The translations under genes and the position numbers were made by a program. Positions 12,401 through 24,400 of a stretch of 64,000 bases of DNA are shown here, piece after piece; the first letter of the stretch is position 1, and every line of letters begins with the position of its first letter. Under the pieces are notes generated by a model. The model made no database searches and was not told where the DNA came from. It saw only the letters and a list, made by a program, of their open reading frames with translations. Origin of the DNA: Ylistrum balloti (Eukaryota); the NCBI RefSeq assembly GCF_031769215.1, contig NW_026782651.1, positions 372,001 through 436,000 of the forward strand, in the 5' to 3' direction.

Positions 12401-15400
12401 ATCTTTGATTTTAATGATAAACTTTAGACACAGTTACAAGAGTGCTTACTATGAATGTGGTGATCCTTCAAACCCATGTGTATACCTTAGATAAACTTAG
12501 GCTACATAACACATGCTTTTTGCTATACAAAAATGTACTTGCTGATAATCAAATTAAATTTTTTTTTGTTAGTGTCCTTTGATTTTCTTGCCTTTGAATT
12601 TCTAACAGACTTTTTACAGAAATCAGATTCAGAACTGCACAAAAGGCAAAATTATCTTATCATAAATAATCTGCTTCGGTTATTTGATTTTTTTTCTTCT
12701 GACCAACAAACTGGGGAGGGTGGGGGAGGGGCAGGGGGAGGGGGCAATGGAAGGGGAAAAACATGAACAAACAAACTACCCTGCAAAGATCTACTAGAGC
12801 AACTGACTGAATAAGCTGGTAATTCATTGAGAAACTGCTCAGAGTTAGTGATGGAAGAACTGGGGTTGATTGTATACAAAAACATAAGGCTAAGCAAAAT
12901 GCATGTGTTCTATAACAAAAAATGGATTTGATAGGTATGGAAACGGTTTTCTTCAAATTGAATGACATTCAGTGTCAATTCAGGAAAAGAAATGCACTAC
13001 TTTGTTTAAAAATAGAAAAACAAACAAAAGAAGTATGGGGTAAAGGCAGTGTAAAAAGAAGTTTGGGGTAAAGGCAGTGTAAAAAGAGGTCTGGGGTAAA
13101 GGCAGTGTAAAAAGAGGTCTGGGGTAAAGGCAGTGTAAAAAGAGGTCTGGGGTAAAGGCAGTGTAAAAAGAAGTCTGTGGTAAAGGCAGTGTAAAAATAA
13201 GTCTGGGGTAAAGGCAGTGTACAAAGAAGTCTGGGATAAAGGCAGTGTAAAAAGAAGTCTGGGGTATAGGCAGTGTAAAAAGAAGTATGGGGTAAAGGCA
13301 GTGTAAAAAGAGGTCTGGGGTAAAGGCAGTGTAAAAATAAGTCTGGGGTAAAGGCAGTGTAAAAAGAGGTCTGGGGTAAAGGCAGTGTAAAAAGAGGTCT
13401 GGGGTAAAGGCAGTGTAAAAAGAAGTCTGGGGTAAAGGCAGTGTAAAAAGAAGTCTGGGATAAAGGCACTGTAAAAAGAGGTCGGGGTAAAGGCAGTGTA
13501 AAAAGAAGTCTGGGGTATAGGCAGTGTAAAAAGAAGTCGGGGAAAAGGCAGTGTAAAAAGAAGTCTGGGGTAAAGGCAGTGTAAAAATAAGTCTGGGGTA
13601 AAGGCAGTGTAAAAAGAGGTCTGGGGTAAAGGCAGTGTAAAAAGAGGTCTGGGGTAAAGGCAGTGTAAAAAGAAGTCTGTGGTAAAGGCAGTGTAAAAAT
13701 GAGTCTGGGGTAAAGGCACTGTAAAAAGAAGTCTGGGGTAAAGGCAGTGTAAAAAGAAGTCTGGGGTAAAGGCAGTGTAAAAAGAGGTCTGGGGTAAAGG
13801 CAGTGTAAAAAGAAGTCTGGGGTAAAGGCAGTGTAAAAAGAAGTCTGTGGTAAAGGCAGTGTAAAAAGAGGTCTGAGATAAAGGCAGTGTAAAAAGGTCT
13901 GTGGTAAAGGCAGTATTGAAAATGAGAAACATCTATTTGGCTTGGAGCGGAATGTGATATAAACCAGGTACAGGTATGGACACCATCTAACATCTTATGT
14001 CAAGTAAAACCGCATACCTCCCTAATACATGATCTCTTTCATATGAACCGTGAAAAACAACCACACCATCATGTCAAACTTGGCCAATTATTTCACTTTT
14101 TTTCATCGCCACATTTATACCTTGCCATTTCCTCCACCATCCTTATTTATAATTTTCAATTTTGAAATTCAAGCAACAGATGAACTCTTTGAGTCTAACA
14201 GGAACTCCAACTACTGTACATTCCAGTTGTTATATTTCCAGGGAGAAAATATGTAAACAAAGTAAACACTCGCTACCTTGTTAAGATTTTGCAGTAAAAC
14301 AACAACAGATCCATTTATACGTTAAATATCATAACATTTATATGTTTACATTTGTGATTATTTGTTTGTTATTTTTCATTATGTTACTACATATATTATC
14401 CTGTTGATACCAGCTAATGTGAACTTGTCATCAGCTTCATTAACCTCTTTTATTAAAATAGCTAAACTTATTTGTCTCCTTTTTTATTTTTTTGTTGTTA
14501 AATAAAACTTTCAGCTTAGATTTTATCTGTTAATTTCTTTTTTTTTTAAATAAAACTTACTGCTAGATAGTGATCAATCTTGAAAGGTAACAGTTAACAG
14601 GGATGGGCATTTTGTCCAATAAATCCAGTAACACAGAGTAGTAACACAAAGTATTAACAGTAACAAATAGTATTAACAGTAACACAGAGTATTATCAGTA
14701 ACACAGAGTATTATCAGTAACACAGAGTAGTAACAGTAACACAGAGTATTATCAGTAACACAGAGTAGTAACAGTAACACAGAGTATTATCAGTAACACA
14801 GAGTAGTAACAGTAACACAGAGTAGTAACAGTAACACAGAGTAGTAACAGTAACATAGAGTATTAACAGTAACACTGAGTATGAACAGTAACACAGATTA
14901 ACACAGAGTATACAGTAACACAGAGTAGTAACGGTAACACAGAGTAGTAACAGTAACACATATTATAAACAGTAACACAGAGTAGTAACAGTAACACATA
15001 TTATAAACAGTAACACAGAGTATTAACAGTAACACAGAGTAGTAACACAGAGTATTACCAGTAACACAGAGTAGTAACAGTAACAAAGAGTATTAACAGT
15101 AACACATAACAGTAACAAAGAGTATTAACAGTAACACATAACAGTAACAAAGAGTATTAACAGTAACACAGAGTAGTAACAGTAACACAGAGTATTAACA
15201 GTAACACAGAGTAGTAACAGTAACACAGAGTATTAACAGTAACACTGAGTATGAACAGTAACACAGATTAACAGAGAGTATACAGTAACACAGAGTAGTA
15301 ACGGTAACACAGATTAGTAACAGTAACACAGAGTATTAACAGTAACACAGAGTATACAGTAACACATAGTATTAACAGTAACACAGAGTAGTAACAGTAA

Positions 15401-18400
15401 CACAGAGTAGTAACAGTAACACAGATTAGTAACAGTAACACATATTATAAACAGTAACACAGAGTAGTAACAGTTACACAGATTAGTAACAGTAACACAG
15501 AGTAGTAACAGTAACACAGAGTATACAGTAACACATAGTATAACAGTAACACAGAGAAGTAACAGTAACACAGAGTAGTAACAGTAACACAGAGTAGTAA
15601 CAGTAACACAGCGTAATAACAGTAACACAGAGTATACAGTAACACATAGTATTAACAGTAACACAGAGTATTAACAGTAACACAGAGTAGTAACAGTAAC
15701 ACAGAGTAGTAACAGTAACACAGAGTATACAGTAACACATAGTATTAACAGTAACACTGAGTAAAAACAGTAACACAGAGTAGTAACACTGAGTATTAAC
15801 AGTAACACAGAGTATTAACAGTAACACAGAGTAATAACACAGATTAGTAACAGTAACAAAGAGTAGTAACAGTTACACAGATTAATAACAGTAACACATA
15901 TTATAAACAGTAACACAGAGTATTAACAGTAACACTGAGTATTAACTGTAACATTGAGTATTAACAGTAACACTGAGTATGAACAGTAACACAGAGTAGT
16001 AACAGTAACACAGAGTATTAACAGTAACACTGAGTATAAACAGTAACACAGAGTAGTAACACTGAGTATTAACAGTAACATAGAGTAATAACAGTAACAC
16101 AGATTAGTAACAGTAACACAGAGTAGTAACAGTAACACATATTATAAACAGTAACACAGAGTATTAACAGTAACACTGAGTAGTAAAACAGATTAGTAAC
16201 AGTAACATAGAGTAGTAACAGTTCACAGAGTAGTAACACATAGTAGTAACACAGAGTAGTAACAGTTCACAGAGTAGTAACACATAGTAGTATCACAGAG
16301 TAGTAACAGTTCACAGAGTAGTAACACATAGTAGTAACACAGAGTAGTAACAGTTCACAGAGTAGTAACACAGAGTAGTAACACATAGTAGTAACACAGA
16401 GTAGTAACACAGAGTAGTAACACATAGTAGTAACAGTTCACAGAGTAGTAACACATAGTAGTAACACAGAGTAATAACAGTTCACAGAGTAGTAACACAG
16501 AGTAGTAACAGTTCACAGAGTAGTAACAGTTCACAGAGTAGTAACACTGAGTATTAACAGTAACATAGAGTAATAACAGTAACACAGATTAGTAACAGTA
16601 ACACAGAGTAGTAACAGTAACACATATTATAAACAGTAACACAGAGTAGTAACAGTTACACAGATTAGTAACAGTTACACAGATTAATAACAGTAACACA
16701 TATTATAAACAGTAACACAGAGTATTAACAGTAACACAGAGTAGTAACACAGATAAGTAACAGTAACACAGAGTATTACCAGTAACACAGAGTAGTAACA
16801 GCTCACAGAGTAGTTACACATAGTAGTAACACAGAGTAGTAACAGTTCACAGAGTAGTAACACATAGTAGTATCACAGAGTAGTAACGGTTCACAGAGTA
16901 GTAACACATAGTAGTAACACATAGTAGTAACAGTTCACAGAGTAGTAACACAGAGTAGTAACACAGAGTAGTAACACAGAGTAGTAACACAGAGTAGTAA
17001 CACAGAGTAGTAACAGTTCACAGAGTAGTAACACATAGTAGTAACACAGAGTAATAACAGTTCACAGAGTAGTAACACAGAGTAGTAACAGTTCACAGAG
17101 TAGTAACAGTTCACAGAGTAGTAACACAGAGTAGTAACACATAGTAGTAACACATAGTAGTAACACAGAGTAGTAACAGTTCACAGAGTAATAACAGTTC
17201 ACAGAGTAGTAACACATAGTAGTAACACATAGTAGTAATACAGAGTAGTAACACAGAGTAGTAACACATAGTAGTAACACATAGTAGTAACACAGAGTAG
17301 TAACAGTAACATAGAGTAGTAGCAGTAACTAGAAGTTATAATAACATTTGTTTGATAGCAGTTATTTCCTAAGAAAGGCTTGACTATGTTCAAGTGTTGG
17401 TTTGATAAGAAGTTGATGGTTATAAAATGGAAGACATAAAATTAATATCAGATCAGAAAAAAGCTCTTTTATGTAAAATATTTCACATTAAAGTGTAAAT
17501 CAATCATTTAGAATCAAAATTAATGAGGTACATAACGGATATGCTGTTGGGTAAAAAATTCCTTTCCTATCTTAATTCGGAAACATTTCAGACAGAAGAG
17601 AAAGCATTATTGTACAGATCGACTTTATCAATACGAAAAACAAATCTGTCAACCGTGACCGCAGGTAGTCAAACATGACCGCTGGTAGAGAGACAGAGAT
17701 AAGAGGTGTCGTAATCTCATCAGCCTATCCTCATTTACATCAACATGTTACATTGATCTCGCAAGTGATAGCAGACTTTATCTTATGATATCAAGGAATT
17801 TTTTTTTGAACAGACAGGAACAAGTCGTAATCATCATGCCATTTACCAGTTGCACAATAAACATTACGGGTGATTTACATGCAAATGGTTGATCTTTGAA
17901 TGTATGTCGCTGCCTGAGCGATGTTTTGGTAGGATAGGGTTCACCCATATATAAATGTCCTTTTCACATTACCAACATTCATCACAAAGTCTTCGTATAT
18001 TACATCCGGTGTCTTTTGTCATGAAAACAAAACTTTCTAAAATATTTCAAACTTAGACCTTAACTGTATGATACAAAATTAAAAGAACATGTACATGGAA
18101 CACTTTCATTTTGAAGATGTTCATATAATTTTGGAATTGTATTTAATTTGATCAATTCTCAACATGTTTTTTCTTCAAATACAGACCCATTTTTAAACTA
18201 ATTATGTATTTATAAATTTGGCATCTGCCTTTGGCTTTTCAACAGATAACAATTGTTACTAGTAGTTTAAATTCTTTCTTGTCTGTCTTCTAAATATCTA
18301 AATATAAGTTTTATATCATCTGTTCCTAAGTGGTGGACATTCATTTCGTTAGGAATACCCTGTAAAATATAAGTTTTATATCATCTGTTCCTAAGTGGTG

Positions 18401-21400
18401 GACATTCATTTCGTTAGGAATACCCTGTAAATATAAGTTTTATATCATCTGTTCCTAAGTGGTGGACATTCATTTCGTTAGGAATACCCTGTAAAACAAC
18501 CTGATACCTTCGCTTTCACACATTCTCCTTACAGTAAAAGCATATTTTTTTTTTTTGGTTTTTCCAAAAATGAAGTGGTCAGATGGCGTAGTGGTAATGT
18601 ACTCGCATTTCCACCAAGACATTAGGGATTTGATTCCCTGAACCAGACGTGAATAGGTAAGGGGTCACCTGCCCGACCAAATTGGTTTTACTCTGGTTTA
18701 CTCCTACAGTAAGACCCTGGCCCTTGTGTGCTTCAGTCCATGCTAGTATTAGTATATTTAGCTGTTTTGTTTTGCAGGTGTTGTAATATAGAAGTGAAGT
18801 AATTCGTGGACACTCGAGATTTCATGTGTTAATAAGTCTACCGGTACTTATATTAACAGTTTGTGGATAAAGAGTAACCACAAAATCCACAAAAATACCC
18901 CTCCCCCTCTCCATGAAAATAAATGTTTTACAATAATCAGAATACCTTATGCCTCCCAGGATTTGTCACACTAGAGAGATTCCCAGGATTTGTCACACTA
19001 GAGAGATTCCCAGGATTTGTCACACTAGAGAGATTCCCAGGATTTGTCACACTAGAGAGATTCCCAGGATTTGTCACACTAGAGAGATTCCCAGGATTTG
19101 TCACACAAGAGAGATTTTACTGTTGCATTTGAAAAGTACAATGTCATTCCTAAGTCTTCTTTTACCTTACGTTACCATTTATCAATACTTAGGAAATGTA
19201 AAATAAAAAATAAACTGTTCAACAGAAGCATTATGAATGACTTTTGAGATCTTTAAGACCCAACTGTGTAGAAGGATGGACTTTGGAGAGAGTCAGGAAT
19301 GTTTCAGCCAAGCAGGAGGTTGGCTATCATTGGTGCTCCATCAGTTCAAGAATGAACATTTGATATGACAAGGAGTGCATCAGTTTTCACTCTTGTCAAT
19401 ATCCTACAATCAGCAGATTTTGAGGAGAAGATAAAAACATATCATGACAGCTTCTTTACTAAAGAGGAACTCTGATGGTCCATCCATGATAGTGTGCTGA
19501 AATAAACCAGATTTCAACAAAAGTTGAGAGTAACAATGTCAGTTTTAAACACAGGACTGAACAGATGCTGGTAGCTGTTGTGTTGCAACCATCACTTATC
19601 ACAAAGTGAAACAATCCCCATCACAATATAACCAAAGGGCCAGCACTGGCTAGAGGCTGAGAAGGAAGATTCTGAAGAGCTGAATGGTGTAAAGGATAAT
19701 GACAATGAAGATGCTATCAACAAAACAGTGACCCTCAAAAATAGAGTCAAGTACTAACATCATATCACAATTCAGGAAATGGTATCACAAATCACATAAT
19801 GAATCTTGCCTCACAATGCCTGCATTCTGACCAACAGTGACCAGCAGTGACCTGCATTCTGACCAACAGTGACCTTCATTCTGACCAGCAGTGACCTGCA
19901 TTCTGACCAGCAGCAGGGCTCTCGATCTGTCAGATTATCGAATATCAGCCCCATTCCCAATGCAAAATAGTATCTTTTTTTCCCAATTTAGTCCCGAAGT
20001 TTTCCCAATTCTAAGGAAAATACCATTATTTTTCCCAATTCTAAGGGCCCCAGGCCCCAGTCCCAAAATAGGTTGTGAGAACCCTAAGCAGTGACCTGTA
20101 TTCTGACCAGCATTCTGACCAGCAGTAATTAGCATTCTGACCAACAGTGACCTGCATTCTGACCAGCAGCAGTGACCAGTTTTAGTTGTCAACTGATTGG
20201 CTGATGACCAATGTTGACAACAGTGTTAAAACACACACAGATAAATTAGGACAAAATTTTTTGTGATTTTACTTTAAAGGCAGTTTTCTTTCTTTTCTCT
20301 GTTTTTTACATCACAAATGGATGATGGTTTCTCTATCTACATAAACATTATTATCAAGGTATCTGATAATACTTTTTTCTCTCGATTCTATTACAACACA
20401 TAGTCTACAAAAACCTGGAAACATTACATCCTGAATTTCTCTTACTGGGTGTAAATTTAACCATAAACTTTCTACTGCAATCACACCTTTTATAGGACTT
20501 AGTTATAGTGTGTAAGATATGGATGCCCAGCAGCAATATAGAATTTCCCTTTTTTTAATATCAACAGTGAGTTTGTGTGAGGTGTGGTCATCATGTTGAA
20601 ATAACACTATTTCAGATAGAACAGGATCCTGAGTGAAAGGGGTGTTACAAGGCATATAGAAGGCCCCTACCCCCATTAAACAGTAGGTATTTCTTGATAA
20701 TAGCTATTTTAGATCTTGTAAAAACAGTGCCAACTTTAGTAAAAAGCATTACGGTATGCATGCTTGCATACCAAACATTTTTGATCAGTTTACAGACCAA
20801 GGGAGACAACTGCTCAAATAAGAATACACATGAATAATATGAAATTAATAATATTTTCTGACATGTTCTATAAAATCTAGGGATCTTTACACTCCTAGTG
20901 ACTATTGAGAGATAAGTATTAAAAAATTGAAGTCCCATTATATCTATCATTTGGCAAATTTCTGAAAGGTCCACTTGGATATTATGCAAAGACAACATTA
21001 ACACATACATAAGCTGACTGATATCTACTGAGAAACACTTGGTGGGTATACAACATTAACACATACATAAGCTGACTGATATCTACTGAGAAACACTTGG
21101 TGGGTATACAACATTTAACACATACATAAGCTGACTGATATCTACTGAGAAACACTTGGTGGGTATACAACATTAACACATACATAAGCTGACTGATATC
21201 TACTGAGAAACACTTGGTGGGTATACAACATTTAACACATACATAAGCTGACTGATATCTACTGAGAAACACTTGGTGGGTATACAACATTAACACATAC
21301 ATAAGCTGACTGATATCTACTGAGAAACACTTGGTGGGTATACAACATTTAACACATACATAAGCTGACTGATATCTACTGAGAAACACTTGGTGGGTAT

Positions 21401-24400
21401 ACAACATTTAACACATACATAAGCTGACTGATATCTACTGAGAAACAATTGGTGGGTATACAACATTAACACATACATAAGCTGACTGATATCTACTGAG
21501 AAACACTTGGTGGGTATACAACATTTAACACATACATAAGCTGACTGATATCTACTGAGAAACACTTGGTGGGTATACAACATTAACACATACATAAGCT
21601 GACTGATATCTACTGAGAAACACTTGGTGGGTATACAACATTTAACACACACATAAGCTGACTGATATCTACTGAGAAACACTTGGTGGGTATACAACAT
21701 TTAACACATACATAAGCTGACTGATATCTACTGAGAAACACTTGGTGGGTATACAACATTTACACATACATAAGCTGACTGATATCTACTGAGAAACACT
21801 TGGTGGGTATACAACATTAACACATACATAAGCTGACTGATATCTACTGAGAAACACTTGGTGGGTATACAACAATAACACATACATAAGCTGACTGATA
21901 TCTACTGAGAAACACTTGGTGGGTATACAACAATAACACATACATAAGCTGACTGATATCTACTGAGAAACACTTGGTGGGTATACGACATTTAACACAT
22001 ACATAAGCTGACTGATATCTACTGAGAAACACTTGGTGGGTTTACAAATAGAAACGAATAAAATCAGGTCCAACTGAATATACCAATCAGTGTTATACAA
22101 AGTTCCGAAGGATGCCACAAAAAAAAACACATGACAAATCTGCGTACTTTGCACGGGAATGTTTACACAAAGTGTAATGATGCGTGTGTTGTGTTCTTGT
22201 GATTTCAGATGACCGGTAGAATGCTGGTGAATAGCCATTTGGCAAGAATCGTAAATACAAGCATGTTTACAAAGAATAGATTTCAGCTGCTTTTGTATCA
22301 AAACCCCCAACAATAATGTCTTGAGTATTTCTCAGTTAATTTTAATTATAACCATATGAATTTTTGTCTTTGGCTTTTCAGTGAGAGTTAATGGACAAAA
22401 ACAATCATGGAAATCTGAAATAAATTTCTTCTGTCTTTCTGTCTATCTGATATAAATTTCTTCTCTCTTTCTACTGTCTATCTGATATAAATTTCTTCTC
22501 TCTCTCTACTGTCTATCTGATATAAAATTTCTTCTGTCTTTCTGTCTATCTAATATAAATTTTCTTCTGTCTTTCTGTCTATCTAATATAAATTTCTTCT
22601 GTCTTTCTGCTGTCTATCTAATATAAATTTCTTCTGTCTTTCTGTGTCTATCTAATATAAATTTCTTCTGTCTTTCTGTGTCTATCTGATATAAAATTTC
22701 TTCTGTCTTTCTGTCTATCTAATATAAATTTTCTTCTGTCTTTCTGTCTATCTAATATAAATTTCTTCTGTCTTTCTGCTGTCTATCTAATATAAATTTC
22801 TTCTGTCTTTCTGTGTCTATCTAATATAAATTTCTTCTGTCTTTCTGTGTCTATCTGATATAAAATTTCTTCTGTCTTTCTGTCTATCTGATATGAAATT
22901 TCTTCTGTCTTTCTGTCTTTCTGATAATTTCTTCTGTCTTTCTGCTGTCTACCCATTAATCATCACCTAGACTTAAAGCATTGGTTACCATTAAAATGAT
23001 ATAAAGAATATTCTGATCCCAAACTCATTATGGCTGTTTAAAAATTCTAGATGCATACATTTCATTACTTTTTTACTCCCTTTAGAAACCAACACATAAT
23101 AACCAATCACAAGAAATGACCCATGTTTTGAAAAATTTACAAATGAGTGTTTAAGTTTAATATCCTAAAAAGCACAAGAATTATTTTCAAATGTTTGCAT
23201 ATTTCTTTATTTTACAAGGATGGAAATTTTAAAAAAGTAAAGATAATAATCCAAAATTACTTGATCCAGAATTTTTTCTTGAAGGAGAATATGTAGAAAC
23301 TGTACCAATAGGGGTTCATAATTATCTTCCCTTTTTTGCACTACCCAGGGTTAGTGAAAAGGATGTATTTTTCTAAGGAAATTCTTAGTCTGATCTAATC
23401 TTCATGACATTTGTTCACAGTAACCTTACCTCGACCTCCTCGACCTCTCTGTGGGCCACCACGACCTCTCATCTCTCCACGACCTTTGGACTTCTGAATG
23501 ACCTCTTCCTTCACCATATCGATGACTTCATCTGGGATACGTAAGTATTTGATAGTGCTGCCTCGGATGTAACATTCTGGCATCCTCCAGAAACGATCAC
23601 CATCCTAATGAAATCAAGGAGGAAATTGAAGAAATATTGTAAAGGACATTTTTAATTTTCATCTGTGTTAATTGGTTTTACACAGGTAAGCTGATACGAT
23701 TTGTGTTCGTGTTTTGTAATGTGGCATACGTCTCATTCCCCTAGATATTCACATGTAAATTCCTATAAAATAGAGTTCAATAATTACTTATAACTTTGAC
23801 TTGATTCCAAGAGAGATTTTATTTGATGACTTCATTTCCAGTTTGTTCAAATTACAAAATCTGATTTCATGCTCCCATGTCCCAATAAAATACATTTATT
23901 GACTAAATAATGTCATTAGCAATAACAAAGAACTGGGCAGGTTTGATTGAACAGTTTGAGCACTTGGTCCACTACTGTTTGTCTATAAGGACAAAAATAC
24001 TAAGTTTACTTAGTGTTTCTTATTGGCTTTGACTACACCGTTTGAGACCTGTATTTAACAGGGTGTATTCTCAAGTTCATTCCAATTTATGTCTGAAATG
24101 TTACATTTCAAGCCGACATACCAGTTTCAACACATAAATGGAAAAAACTGAAAACAAATCTTGAGAATAATTTTCAACGAACACTGTTTTCTTTAATATT
24201 TCACATATAAACCATGTTGTTTCTTGGAAAGAAAAAGAGAACAACATCATTAAAATCAATATAATGTAAGTGGAAGTGAAAAAATGAAATTACAATAATT
24301 TCCCAAGTCTTAGAGAGTTATGCCCCTTGATCAGAACATACAACATAACTTGCCCAAGTAATAATTACATTATGAATCCTTTGCTTTGAATGATATAACC

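Noticed and set aside
12975-13993. Long minus-strand ORFs of 164-337 aa
   Set aside because: These are translations of the 28-bp array; the same periodic peptide appears in all three frames and there is no splice or domain support.
14714-17393. Many Cys/Tyr/Leu/Val-rich ORFs
   Set aside because: Low-complexity translations of the AGTAAC minisatellite.
20982-22313. Repeated 117-141-aa ORFs
   Set aside because: Products of the 58/59-bp array.
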